A stretch of 60,293 nucleotides of DNA from Acidimicrobiia bacterium (GCA_013002865.1 JABDLU010000118.1:1-60293); one strand, 5' to 3'; positions 49,315-59,158 are shown, counted from the first letter of the stretch. The notes: generated from the letters alone by a model not told the origin. A program made the numbers and translations.

Positions 49315-50226
49315 ATGACCTCCACCCGGCGCCCGATGATCACCACTGCCGACGGGACGCGCCGCGAGAGCTTCGGGGCGGCCGAGTGGGGCCTCGTCAC
49401 GTTCCTCGCCGTCACGTGGGGTGCCTCGTTTCTTTTCATCGACATCGCCCTCGAGTCGCTGTCGCCCGGGGTGATCACCTGGCTCCGCATCGCGCTGGGC
49501 GCGACCGCATTGGCGTTGGTCCCGGCCGCCCGCGGCCCGGTGCCGGTGGAGTCCCTGCCCCGCATCGTGCTGCTGGGGCTCACGTGGGTGGCGATCCCAT
49601 TCACGTTGTTCCCCATCGCCCAGCAGTGGATCGAATCTTCGCTCGCCGGGATCCTCAACGCCGCCATGCCGCTGTTCACCGCCGCCATCGCCGCGCTGCT
49701 GCTGCGCCGCCTCCCCCGACACATCCACGCCTTCGGGCTGGTACTCGGTTTCGTCGGCGTGGTGCTCGTGACCCTCCCGTCGTGGGGCGACGATGCCAGC
49801 ACCGTCACCGGGATTCTCCTCGTGCTGCTGGCCACCGTGCTGTACGGGTTCTCGGTGAACATAGCGGTGCCTCTTCAGCAGGAGTCCGGGGCTCTGCCGG
49901 TGGTGCTGCGAACCCAGCTGGTGGCTACGGTCGCCACCATCCCCTACGCCGTGGCGGGCCTGGGGGACTCATCGATCGACCCGGCCGGTCTGGGAGCGGT
50001 GTTCGTGCTCGGGGTGTTCGGAACCGGCGTGGCGCTGGCGGTCATGGCCGCCCTGGTGGGCCGGGTGGGCGCCACCCGCGGTGGGGTCGCCATCTATTTC
50101 GTGCCGGTGGTAGCGGTAATTCTCGGCCTGGTGTTCCGGGACGATTCGATCGCCCCGCTGGCTATCCTGGGCATGGTGGTGGTGCTGGCCGGCGCCTACC
50201 TGGCGAGCCGCCGGGAAGCCGCCTAG
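49315..50226 (+). CDS. EamA/DMT family transporter
   Basis: Ten hydrophobic helices in two EamA-like halves. Confidence 0.75.
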   Translation: MTSTRRPMITTADGTRRESFGAAEWGLVTFLAVTWGASFLFIDIALESLSPGVITWLRIALGATALALVPAARGPVPVESLPRIVLLGLTWVAIPFTLFPIAQQWIESSLAGILNAAMPLFTAAIAALLLRRLPRHIHAFGLVLGFVGVVLVTLPSWGDDASTVTGILLVLLATVLYGFSVNIAVPLQQESGALPVVLRTQLVATVATIPYAVAGLGDSSIDPAGLGAVFVLGVFGTGVALAVMAALVGRVGATRGGVAIYFVPVVAVILGLVFRDDSIAPLAILGMVVVLAGAYLASRREAA

Positions 50227-51107
50227 ACCACAGCCCGGAACGCCGCCGCCAGCTCCCGGTGCTGGAACTCGTAACCGCTTTGCTCGAGCTTGACCCCAAC
50301 CACCCGCTGGCTGAACAGCAGCAGCGACTCGACGAGCTCACCGCCCAGCGCCGCCTTGAGGGGAAGCAGCGGTGTTGGCAGCACCGTCGGCCGGTTGACC
50401 ACATCGCCAAGGGTGTTGACGAACTCCTGGTTCCGAACCGGGTTGGGAGCGGTGAGGTTGACCGGACCGGATACGTCGGAGCCGAGCAGGTGCAAGATGG
50501 CTCCGATCTCGTCCTGCATGGCGATCCAGCTCATGAACTGATCACCGGGCCCGACCCGGCCCCCGAGCCCGAGCTTGAACGGCAGCAGCATGCGCTTGAG
50601 TGCCCCGCCGTCGGCCGAGAGCACGATGCCGGTGCGCAGGTGCACGGTTCGGACTCCGGCCGATTCCGCCGGCGCCGTGGCGGCCTCCCACTGCACACAC
50701 ACATCGGCCAGGAAATCGGTTCCGGGCGGGCTCTCTTCGGTGAGCTCTTCGTCGCCGCGGTTTCCGTAATAGCCGATGGCCGAGGAGCTGAGGAAGACCG
50801 AGGGGCGCGGATCGGCAGCGGCGATGGCTTCACTCACCAGCCGGGTTCCCTCGGTGCGGCTCTTCAGAATGGCGTGCTTCTGATCGTCGGTCCATCGTTT
50901 CTCACCAATGCCGACCCCGGCGAGATGCACCACCGCGTCGATCCCGGAGAGGTCGCCGATGGTGCCCGCCGAAGGATCCCATTCCAGGTCGGGGCCACCC
51001 GGGGCCCGGCCCCGGTGGAGCCGGATGGCCTGGTGGCCGGCGGCGGCGAGTGCCGGAACGAGCTGAGATCCGATGAGCCCCGAGGACCCGGTGACTAATA
51101 CGCGCAT
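50223..51107 (-). CDS. TIGR01777-type NAD-dependent epimerase family protein (YfcH-like)
   Basis: MRVLVTGSSGLIGSQL Rossmann N-terminus and a DUF1731-like C-terminus. Confidence 0.8.
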   Translation of the reverse strand: MRVLVTGSSGLIGSQLVPALAAAGHQAIRLHRGRAPGGPDLEWDPSAGTIGDLSGIDAVVHLAGVGIGEKRWTDDQKHAILKSRTEGTRLVSEAIAAADPRPSVFLSSSAIGYYGNRGDEELTEESPPGTDFLADVCVQWEAATAPAESAGVRTVHLRTGIVLSADGGALKRMLLPFKLGLGGRVGPGDQFMSWIAMQDEIGAILHLLGSDVSGPVNLTAPNPVRNQEFVNTLGDVVNRPTVLPTPLLPLKAALGGELVESLLLFSQRVVGVKLEQSGYEFQHRELAAAFRAVV

Positions 51108-51142
51108 CGGAGGACCCTAGGCACCGGCGTGTCGCTAGGTCG

Positions 51143-51775
51143 TCACCACGGAGCCAGCAGATAGTCGGGGCGCCCGATGTCGCGAATGGCCATCTCGAGG
51201 CGACGCTGGATCGACGCCCGCCGGTACCGGTACGTGCTGCCTGCAGTGCCCGCCCACACGGACCCCAGCAGGGCGGCGGAGGCGAGGTCGACTGCGTCGC
51301 CCAGCCAGGCGGCGGCCAGGAGAACCAGCCCGACGATGGCGGCAAACAGATGAGCGCGCCAGATGCGGTCCAGGTTGGCCGTCAGGCGGATGATGCTGCC
51401 GCCGGTCGTAGCGAAGACTGTGGCTGAGATCATGACGATGCTCCGATAGCGAAACAGGTCGGGCCACCATCCGGCTGCCTGACGCCACACGGCGCCCCGC
51501 TCCTCGGTGAGACCTCGCATGTGCAGGTAGGCACGGGTGGCCGCCCGGGCCTCGTCGGGCCCGGCCGAAACCTCCGACGCCGCCACTGCGGTGAACGGGC
51601 CGGGACTCGAGCTGCGGGTTTCCCGGATGGCTGCCGCCACCGACTCGCGGGATAGGCCGAGCTCGTCGCCGAGGCGGCGCAGCGCAGCATCGTCGATGAC
51701 CTCATCGGGGGGTTGCGTGTCAAGTTCGATGGCCCGTTCCAGGGCCTCGTGGGCTTGGCGACGGTTGAACACCAT
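51143..51775 (-). CDS. hypothetical membrane protein
   Basis: 210-aa ORF with a soluble N-terminal half and hydrophobic helices in the C-terminal half. Confidence 0.45.
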   Translation of the reverse strand: MVFNRRQAHEALERAIELDTQPPDEVIDDAALRRLGDELGLSRESVAAAIRETRSSSPGPFTAVAASEVSAGPDEARAATRAYLHMRGLTEERGAVWRQAAGWWPDLFRYRSIVMISATVFATTGGSIIRLTANLDRIWRAHLFAAIVGLVLLAAAWLGDAVDLASAALLGSVWAGTAGSTYRYRRASIQRRLEMAIRDIGRPDYLLAPW

Positions 51776-51793
51776 GGCCGAAATGTATCGAAT

Positions 51794-53659
51794 TCAGGAC
51801 ACAAACACGCCGGCGACGGGGACCTGATTCAGCACGCCGAACCGGAAATCGAAGTCGGCGAAGCCGGTGGCGTTGGTGTTGCTGATGTAGAAGCGCCCTT
51901 CATCCGGCCGGTAGATGGAGACGGTATCGGTGCCGTCGCGATCCCAGTCGGCGGCCAGCACCCGGTCGCCGGCCTGCCCAAAGAAGAAGTCGAGGTCGGC
52001 GAACCCGGCGGAGAGATTGTTGCGGAGGAACACGTAGCCGGTCGATGGCCGGTACAGCCCGACCGTATCGTCGCCATCGCCGTCCCAGTCGCCTGCGAAG
52101 GGCACGTCGGTTGGAATTCCGTAGAAGAAGTCGAGATCGGCGACGCCGGTGTCGAGTGTGTTGCGTATATACACCCGGCCGTTTCGGTAGATGGCCAGCG
52201 TGTCGCAGCCGTCGCCGTCCCAGTCGCCCACGAACGGGACATCGCCGCCAACGCCGTACCAGAAGCTGATGTCGGCGGTGCCGAACGTGTTGGAATTGCG
52301 GAGGTAGACGAAGCCATCGCTCGGCCGGAACATCCCGACGGTGTCGTCTCCGTCGCAGTCCCAGTCCCCGACCAGCGGGACGTCGCCCGGCACTCCGTAG
52401 AAGAACGTTGTGATGCCGCCGGCGTCGTCGGCAACCGTCCACTCGCCGAACAGCGGGTCGAACACGCCGACCGGAACCGGCGGTGGCTCCAGCGCCTCGC
52501 TCCGCCGGTACACCGACACACTGCCAGACGGGATCGCCTGAGCGGCCACGGCCATGACCTCGCCGTCGATGGCGGCGTCACCGCCGAACAACGTCGTCCC
52601 CGTGACGGCAAAGGTCTCGGGCCACAGCGGGCCCTCGTACACATAGGCGCGGCCGGCTCCGGGGGCGCCGACCACCAGCTGGGACCCATCCAGGGCGACA
52701 CCGCCGCCGAACAGGGCCGCAGCGGTCGCGTCGGAAGCCGTCAGCTTGACCTGCTGAGACCAGATGTCTGCCTGGCTGCGGGTGAAGACATAAGCGCTCC
52801 CGCTGCCGCTCCCGGCATCGTCGTTGCCGCGGGCGCCGATCACCGCGATGTCGGCGACCAGGTCGACAGCGTCGCCGAACAGGTCCCCGGCTGCCGCATC
52901 CGAGGCGAACAGCTTGGCCTGCTGATTCCACGCCCCGGCCCCGTCCCGGACGAATGCGTAGACCGCTCCGGCACTGGTGCCGGCGGTGTCCTCGAGGCTG
53001 GCGCCGACCAGAATGGTGTCCCCGGACAGCGCCACGGCGGTGCCGGCTCGATCGTCCAGCTCGGCATCGGCCGGAACCAGCCGGGTGGTCTCGGACCAGA
53101 CCCCGTCCCCATTGCGGTTGAACACATAGGCTGAGCCGGTGCCGTCGGCGGGCGCACCAATGACGACGGTGTTGCCGGCCAGCTCGACGGCACTGCCGAA
53201 GCCGACCGCGCCCACGGTGCCCGACGGGCTCAGCCGGGCTGTTTGGCTCCACACGCCGCCCGGGCTGCGATTGAACACGTAAACCGCCCCGGCGCCCTCA
53301 TCGGCGAAGGGGGCTCCGGCCACCATCGTGTCCCCGTCGACCGCAACATCGGCGCCCAGCTGATCGCTGGCGGCACCATCCGCGGCGTTCAGCTTGATCA
53401 CGAACGACCACTCCCCCTCGCCGCCCCGCTCGTGCACCCACGCGGCCCCGGCGTTGGGGAGGAGCGTGTCGTCGAGGGGTGCTCCGGTGACGAGCGTCGA
53501 GCCGTCGAGGGCTACCGAACGGCCGTAGGCATCGGCCGGCTCGGACGGATTGAAGGTGGCCTCGAAGTCCCACACGAAGTCGGCACCGGCCGGTCCGGCG
53601 GTGATGAGCAACAGGGCGAAACCGGCCGCCAGCGCCAGGCGGGACCGTCCAACACGCAT
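51794..53659 (-). CDS. secreted FG-GAP / VCBS-like repeat protein
   Basis: Signal peptide (LLLITAGPAGADF). N-terminal half has GxSVALDGxTLVxGAP-type propeller repeats. C-terminal half has 4-5 modules of about 47 aa (GDWDGDGxDTxxxYRPxxGxxYLRN...FADxDFxFG). Confidence 0.75.
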   Translation of the reverse strand: MRVGRSRLALAAGFALLLITAGPAGADFVWDFEATFNPSEPADAYGRSVALDGSTLVTGAPLDDTLLPNAGAAWVHERGGEGEWSFVIKLNAADGAASDQLGADVAVDGDTMVAGAPFADEGAGAVYVFNRSPGGVWSQTARLSPSGTVGAVGFGSAVELAGNTVVIGAPADGTGSAYVFNRNGDGVWSETTRLVPADAELDDRAGTAVALSGDTILVGASLEDTAGTSAGAVYAFVRDGAGAWNQQAKLFASDAAAGDLFGDAVDLVADIAVIGARGNDDAGSGSGSAYVFTRSQADIWSQQVKLTASDATAAALFGGGVALDGSQLVVGAPGAGRAYVYEGPLWPETFAVTGTTLFGGDAAIDGEVMAVAAQAIPSGSVSVYRRSEALEPPPVPVGVFDPLFGEWTVADDAGGITTFFYGVPGDVPLVGDWDCDGDDTVGMFRPSDGFVYLRNSNTFGTADISFWYGVGGDVPFVGDWDGDGCDTLAIYRNGRVYIRNTLDTGVADLDFFYGIPTDVPFAGDWDGDGDDTVGLYRPSTGYVFLRNNLSAGFADLDFFFGQAGDRVLAADWDRDGTDTVSIYRPDEGRFYISNTNATGFADFDFRFGVLNQVPVAGVFVS

Positions 53660-53668
53660 AGTGTCAGC

Positions 53669-54145
53669 CTACTTCCCCTCCGTGGCGAGATCGGGGAACC
53701 CCTGCTGTCGCAGGGCCTCATACAGCCCCACGGAGACGGCGTTCGACAGGTTGAGGCTGCGGCTGCGAGGAACCATAGGGATCCGCACCGCGGCGGTGAT
53801 CTCCGGTCGCTCCAGGATGGCCGGGTCGAGCCCATCCGATTCCGGGCCGAAGAGCAGCGCATCGCCCGGCAGGTAGTCGATGCCGTCGTGGGGGGTGCCC
53901 GCCCGCCGGGTGAATGCCACTACCCGGCCAGGATGGACCGCCGCCAGCCAGGCGTCGAAGGAGTCGTGCTCCCGGACGTCGGCCCATTCCCGATAATCGA
54001 GCCCGGCCCGCCGCAGCAGCGGCTCATCGAGGTCGAACCCGAGCGGGTGGATCAGGTGGAGCGTGGTCGCCGTATTGGCGCACAACCGCATCACATTGCC
54101 CGTGTTCGGGGGGATCTCCGGCTGGTGCAGGACGACGTGAAACAC
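53669..54145 (-). CDS. trmL: tRNA (cytidine/uridine-2'-O)-methyltransferase TrmL (SpoU family)
   Basis: GTG at 54145 gives VFHVVLHQPEIPPNTGNVMRLCANT. SPOUT motifs LLFGPES and NLSNAVSV. The longer listed ORF is rejected. Confidence 0.85.
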   Translation of the reverse strand: MFHVVLHQPEIPPNTGNVMRLCANTATTLHLIHPLGFDLDEPLLRRAGLDYREWADVREHDSFDAWLAAVHPGRVVAFTRRAGTPHDGIDYLPGDALLFGPESDGLDPAILERPEITAAVRIPMVPRSRSLNLSNAVSVGLYEALRQQGFPDLATEGK

Positions 54146-54215
54146 CGGCGGATCGTACTGTGAGACAGCGTGCGGGACCTGTTGTACGGTGATAGAGCTA
54201 ACACAGGTGGAGAAC

Positions 54216-54620
54216 ATGCCAAAGATCATCCTCTCGATCGACCGTGACCTGCAGGTGGATCTCATCGACGCCGGTCTCGATATCGAACAGATTTGTCGCA
54301 CCGCCCTGGAGGCCGAAGCCGTCCACGTGCGGGCCAAGCAAGCCGAAGCCGACGACGCGATCCTGTACCAGCGAGGGTTCACCGCCGGCGCCGAATGGGC
54401 GAGCCGAACCGCCGCAACGACTGAGCTACACGAGATCGCCGAGTGGTCCAAGATCCGCTGGCGTCAGTTCTCACTCATCCCGAGCCGCAACTCGTTCGTC
54501 TACGCCTTCTGCGAAGCGGTGCGGCGGGACTATCCGCAGCGGTCGGAGCCCTTCTTCCTCGTGAACGACTCGTTCACGAGGGGCATGGTCGACGGCGCCG
54601 CCGCCGTCCTCGCCGAGTAG
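54216..54620 (+). CDS. hypothetical protein with antitoxin-like (CcdA/RHH-type) N-terminal segment
   Basis: ATG at 54216 is preceded by GGTGGAG. LSIDRDLQVDLIDAGLDIEQICRTALEAE resembles antitoxin N-termini. The C-terminal 90 aa are unassigned. Confidence 0.45.
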   Translation: MPKIILSIDRDLQVDLIDAGLDIEQICRTALEAEAVHVRAKQAEADDAILYQRGFTAGAEWASRTAATTELHEIAEWSKIRWRQFSLIPSRNSFVYAFCEAVRRDYPQRSEPFFLVNDSFTRGMVDGAAAVLAE

Positions 54621-54631
54621 GCGGCCGCCGC

Positions 54632-55084
54632 TCAGGTCGCCTCGGCGTCTGCGTACTTGTCCAGGGCCTCACGCCACATCTTCGGGATCAACTTCGGGCC
54701 AACGATTCTGCCCATGGCGACGAGCAGGTCGCCCTTTAGGCCGGTGGGTTCCCGATGCCACTCTCCCTCGATGTGGCTGCCTCCGTCGTCGTTTGCGGAG
54801 ATCACCAGCTCCAGACCGCTGCCCGGCTCACAGAAGTTGCTTTCCTCAGCCGCCCACTTGACGGTTCCCGGCTCCGACCAGTCGTAGCGCTCCACCGCCC
54901 ATACGGACGGATGGGCGCTGCCCTCTCTGACCACCGCCCAGGTGTCTCCAACCTCCCGGACCTCGTACTTTTCCGGGTCCAGACTTCCCTTCCATACCTC
55001 GGTCCGTCGCTCGGTGAAATCGGTGAACGCCGCCAGCACCTGGCCCGGTGTGGCTTTGGTGTCCAGCGAGAAATGAAAATGCAT
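54632..55084 (-). CDS. SRPBCC (START/polyketide-cyclase-like) family protein
   Basis: About 150 aa. The pattern ATPGQVLAAFTDFTERRTEVW...W is typical of SRPBCC ligand-binding folds. Confidence 0.6.
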   Translation of the reverse strand: MHFHFSLDTKATPGQVLAAFTDFTERRTEVWKGSLDPEKYEVREVGDTWAVVREGSAHPSVWAVERYDWSEPGTVKWAAEESNFCEPGSGLELVISANDDGGSHIEGEWHREPTGLKGDLLVAMGRIVGPKLIPKMWREALDKYADAEAT

Positions 55085-55207
55085 GGTTGCCTCCCTCAGC
55101 ATGCCAGTGCGATTCCCTGCCCGAACATACTCGACGCCGCGACCCGGATGCGGGCCGACCGTGTGAGCGCCAGTCGATCTGCCGCCCGCCCCCTACAGTC
55201 CAGCCCA

Positions 55208-55513
55208 ATGGGCACCTTTCTGGCCGTGCTGGCTTCAGTGACTGGCTTCCTCCTCGTGTGCAGCGTCCCGGCGCTCGTAGTCGCCCAGCGGCGCAACCGG
55301 TTCGATGTATCCCGGCGTTTCGTCCGCTCGGCCGTTGTGATTGGGGCATTCTTCGGACTGTCGGCGGCGGCGTCGGACCGGCTGGTCGGCCAGTGCACCG
55401 GCTCGGGCAGTGTTGCCTGCCTCGATGTCGGATACGCCGGCTTGCTCGTACTGGTCATCGCGATCTATGTCATCGTGGCCCTGACGACAGCCATCGTCAT
55501 GAGCCGCCGGTAG
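55208..55513 (+). CDS. small membrane protein (hypothetical)
   Basis: 101 aa from ATG 55208, with three hydrophobic helices. Confidence 0.4.
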   Translation: MGTFLAVLASVTGFLLVCSVPALVVAQRRNRFDVSRRFVRSAVVIGAFFGLSAAASDRLVGQCTGSGSVACLDVGYAGLLVLVIAIYVIVALTTAIVMSRR

Positions 55514-55572
55514 CTCACCCACCGTCCGGCCGTCTCGGGTAGCCTTTGGCCACCCGAACAGGAGAGAGAACG

Positions 55573-55857
55573 ATGATGATCCTTTCCATGGCCCACGCCT
55601 CCGTCGACGAGGCCGACCGGGACAATTTGTTCGGAGAATGGTCCGATCTGGTCGTCGGCGCCCGCCCCACCGGGCTCGTCACCGCCTACCTGGTCGAAGA
55701 GGGTGACACGGTGCGGGTCGCCGCTCTGTGGGAAAACGAGGACGCCCACCACCAGGCGCTGCACGAGGAGAAGACCCATCCCGCCTTCCGGGTCTTCGAA
55801 GCCGCCGGCCTGGATCCCCAGCACAGCATCATGAAGGTGGTCGGCTCACTCGGCTGA
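55573..55857 (+). CDS. antibiotic-biosynthesis-monooxygenase (ABM)-like small protein
   Basis: ATG at 55573 follows GGAGAGAG. Ferredoxin-like pattern of about 95 aa (VRVAALWENEDAHHQALHEE). Confidence 0.45.
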   Translation: MMILSMAHASVDEADRDNLFGEWSDLVVGARPTGLVTAYLVEEGDTVRVAALWENEDAHHQALHEEKTHPAFRVFEAAGLDPQHSIMKVVGSLG

Positions 55858-55923
55858 CGTCGCCGAGGTCCGCACCGTCATCCCCGCCGGGTGGCAGAAT
55901 CTCTTGCCCACCGCAGAACCTGA

Positions 55924-58425
55924 GTGATGACAAACGGACTACCCGACGGAGAAAAGCAACGCACCCTCGGCACCTTCAGCGGTGTCTTCATGCCGTCGAT
56001 CCTCACGATCCTCGGCATCATCCTCTTTTTGCGGCTCGGGTACGTGGTCGGCAACGCCGGACTGAGCGGCTCGCTGGTCATCATCGGGATCGCAACGGGC
56101 GTCTCGGTGCTGACCAGCATCTCCCTCAGCGCCATCGCCACCAACATCGATGTTGGGCCGGGCGGCGACTACTACATGATCTCCCGCACCCTCGGCGTCG
56201 AGTTCGGCGGCGCCATCGGGCTGGTGCTCTTCCTGGCCCAAGCGGTATCCATCGCCTTCTACGCCATCGGATTCGGTGAAGCCACCGCGGCCGTCGCCGG
56301 CTTCGAGGGAGAGCTGCCCGCCCAGGTGATTGCCGCCGCTGCCACGGTGGCCCTGTTCGGACTGGCCTGGATGGGAGCGGACGTCGCCTCGAAATTCCAG
56401 GCCGTGGTCATGGTCCTGCTCGTTGCCGCGCTGGCGTCGTTCTACCTGGGTGCCATCCCGGGCTTCAACTCCGGCGTCGCCGGCGACAACCTGTCCGCCC
56501 CCGCCGGCGGCCTGGCGTTCTGGACCATCTTCGCCATCTTCTTCCCGGCCGTGACCGGGTTCACCCAGGGCGTGAGCCTGTCGGGAGACCTCAAGGACCC
56601 CGGCAAGAGCCTGCCGACCGGGACCTTCGCGGCGGTCGGCGTCTCGACGGTGGTGTACATATCGATCGCCATATTGTTCGCCGGCAACGCCACCAGCCGC
56701 TTCTTGATCGAGGACAACGGCGCCATGGGATCGATCTCGGCGTTCGGACCGCTCATCGATGCCGGCGTGATTGCCGCCACCCTGTCCTCGGCGATGGCGT
56801 CGTTCCTGGGAGCGCCCCGCATCCTGCAATCGCTGGCAGCCGACAAGGTGTTTCCCGGCCTGGGGTTCTTCGCCAAGGGCTCCGGTCTCACCAACAACCC
56901 GCGGCGCGGCGTGCTGCTGTCGCTCGCCATAGCGATCGCCACCATCGGCCTCGGCAGCCTCGACGCAATCGCGCCGCTGGTGTCGATGTTCTTCCTGATC
57001 TCGTACGGCCTGCTCAACTACGCCACCTACTACGAGACCCGGGCCAAGAGCCCATCCTTCCGGCCTCGCTTCCGGTTCTTCAACAAGCGGCTCAGCCTGC
57101 TCGGCAGCCTGGCCTGTCTCGGGGTCATGCTCGCCATCAACCCCTTCGCCGGCGCAGCGGCTGTTCTGGTGATCTACGGCATCTACCAGTACGTGGGCGG
57201 CCGGGGCCGGCCCGAACGCTGGGCCGACTCGGCGCGGGCCCATCATTTCCAGCGGGCCAAGGAGAGCATCGACGCCATGCGTGATGAGCTGGTGCACGCC
57301 CGGAACTGGCGGCCGCAAATCCTTGCCTTTTCGGCGGATCCCAAGCGCCGCCACCGCCTCCTCGAGTTCGGATCGTGGCTGGAGGGAGGCAGCGGGCTCA
57401 CCGCGGCAGTCCAGATCGTGGTCGGGGAAGGCGCGGTGAAGCGCCGGGAGGTTGCTGAAGCTCAGAAACAGCTCGACGCCCAGATTGCCCAGCTGGGGCT
57501 CTCCGTGCACGGACGGGCAGTGTTGGCTCCCGATCCGGGAGAAGCGCTGCCGGTGATCATCCAGGCCTTCGGGTTGGGCCCCATCCACGCCAACACGGTG
57601 CTGTTCGGCTGGCCGGAGGACCCGGCTCAGGAGCGCATGGATTCCTTCTTTGCCGTGGTCCGCGACGTGATCCGCCTCAGCGTGAACACGGTGATCCTGT
57701 CCAGCGGCGACCGCTCATGGAGCCGACTCGAGGCGGTCCCGGCCAAGAAGCGGCGGATCGATGTGTGGTACCGGGACGACGACGACGCCTCGGAGCTGGC
57801 CTTACTCAGTGCGTACCTGTTCACCCGCACCGACCCCTGGGGTGGCGCTTCCATTCGCGTCATCGGCCAGGCAGGCGACGCCGACCCCACCGAAGTAACG
57901 GCGGAGCTGCAGGACCATTTGACGACCGTGCGCATCCCGGCTGAGGTGGTGGTGCTCCCGACGATCGACACCTCGGTGGTGCTCAACGAATCCGCCGAGT
58001 CCACCGCCGTCTTCCTGCCGATGACGCTGCGCCGCAAGAACTACGAAGGCCCTTTCGGATGCGACCTCGACACGCTGGTGGCACAGCTGCCGTTCACGGT
58101 CTCGCTGCTGGCCGGCCAGACCATCGACCTGGCGGCCGCCCCCGAGTCGGGCAGCCCCGCTCTCCTGATGGCGGCCGAAGAGCAGGTGGCGGCGGCGGCC
58201 AAGCGGCTCAGCACGTTGGAAACCGACCTCGAGTCCGCCCGGACCGAGTTGAACCGGGCCGAAACGAAGGCCATCGAGACCCTGGAGCAGGCCGATCAAG
58301 CCCGGCGCGACGAGCTGGCCGAGAAGGTCGAGGACCTCAATCGCCGGGTACTGTCGGCTTCGGCCCGGCTCGAGCGGGCGAAGGGGGAACTGGAAGCGAT
58401 CACGGCGGAAAACGGCACGCCCTAG
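55924..58425 (+). CDS. SLC12-like cation-chloride cotransporter / APC superfamily permease with large cytoplasmic C-domain
   Basis: LGTFSGVFMPSILTILGIILFLRLGYVVGNAG matches the SLC12 TM1 signature. About 12 TM helices, a C-terminal domain of about 300 aa, and a coiled-coil tail. Confidence 0.8.
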   Translation: MMTNGLPDGEKQRTLGTFSGVFMPSILTILGIILFLRLGYVVGNAGLSGSLVIIGIATGVSVLTSISLSAIATNIDVGPGGDYYMISRTLGVEFGGAIGLVLFLAQAVSIAFYAIGFGEATAAVAGFEGELPAQVIAAAATVALFGLAWMGADVASKFQAVVMVLLVAALASFYLGAIPGFNSGVAGDNLSAPAGGLAFWTIFAIFFPAVTGFTQGVSLSGDLKDPGKSLPTGTFAAVGVSTVVYISIAILFAGNATSRFLIEDNGAMGSISAFGPLIDAGVIAATLSSAMASFLGAPRILQSLAADKVFPGLGFFAKGSGLTNNPRRGVLLSLAIAIATIGLGSLDAIAPLVSMFFLISYGLLNYATYYETRAKSPSFRPRFRFFNKRLSLLGSLACLGVMLAINPFAGAAAVLVIYGIYQYVGGRGRPERWADSARAHHFQRAKESIDAMRDELVHARNWRPQILAFSADPKRRHRLLEFGSWLEGGSGLTAAVQIVVGEGAVKRREVAEAQKQLDAQIAQLGLSVHGRAVLAPDPGEALPVIIQAFGLGPIHANTVLFGWPEDPAQERMDSFFAVVRDVIRLSVNTVILSSGDRSWSRLEAVPAKKRRIDVWYRDDDDASELALLSAYLFTRTDPWGGASIRVIGQAGDADPTEVTAELQDHLTTVRIPAEVVVLPTIDTSVVLNESAESTAVFLPMTLRRKNYEGPFGCDLDTLVAQLPFTVSLLAGQTIDLAAAPESGSPALLMAAEEQVAAAAKRLSTLETDLESARTELNRAETKAIETLEQADQARRDELAEKVEDLNRRVLSASARLERAKGELEAITAENGTP

Positions 58426-58452
58426 CCCAGGATGCGTCTCGTTGGAGTCACC

Positions 58453-59061
58453 TCAACAGCTGCGGGTGGCGCTCCCAGAAAACTCTGGCACCGGCCGGTT
58501 GGCAGCTTCTTGTGCCGTGGTGGCAGGGCCGTTGTCGGCGATATCGGCAATGAGCCAGTCCATCTCGCTGATCTCGCGCTGCTGCGCCTCGATGATCTCT
58601 ACGGCCAGCTCACACACGCGGACGTCCTCCAGATCGGCCCGCTCGCTGGTCAGGATCGCAATCGAATGATGCGGAATCATCGCCCGCATCCACGACGACT
58701 CCCCCACCGTCGCCTGGCTCCGAACCAGTGCCAGCGAGCTCGCAAAGACGACCACGGCCGCCACTGCGATCCCGATGTTGATGGCGGTGTTGCGGTACAT
58801 CGACAGCATGAAGCCCAGCATGATCAGCGCCATTGTGGCCCCCATCAGCAGCGCCATGTACACGCGGGTCTCGCTCCAGCGGACGTGCTCCAACGTAAAT
58901 GTGTTCAGGTACATCAACCCGAACATGACGACCGTAGAGGTGGCGATCATGGCGGCGAATCGGCCGTAGCCGGCACCGTGTGAGTTTCCTTCAGTCCGGA
59001 CCTTTTCATCCGTGTCTGTCGAGGTGGCCGGTTGAGTGGCGTCCTGATGCGTTTCGGTCAT
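58453..59061 (-). CDS. DUF305-like membrane-anchored protein
   Basis: ATG at 59061 follows GGAGGA. TM helices, then a MIPHHSIAI motif and an EIIEAQQREISEM helix typical of DUF305. Confidence 0.6.
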   Translation of the reverse strand: MTETHQDATQPATSTDTDEKVRTEGNSHGAGYGRFAAMIATSTVVMFGLMYLNTFTLEHVRWSETRVYMALLMGATMALIMLGFMLSMYRNTAINIGIAVAAVVVFASSLALVRSQATVGESSWMRAMIPHHSIAILTSERADLEDVRVCELAVEIIEAQQREISEMDWLIADIADNGPATTAQEAANRPVPEFSGSATRSC

Positions 59062-59158
59062 TGAGTCCTCCGATGCGACTACGACTTCTGTGGTACCCAC
59101 TGAATCAAGCTCGAAACCAGGTGCTGCCGCCTGCGACAAAGGTTTCGAGCACAAACAA

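Noticed and set aside
54146-54451. The N-terminal extension of the trmL ORF (260-aa version).
   Set aside because: The SpoU/TrmL domain starts at GTG 54145 and matches the usual size of about 155 aa. The extension overlaps the divergent gene at 54216 and looks like non-coding translation.
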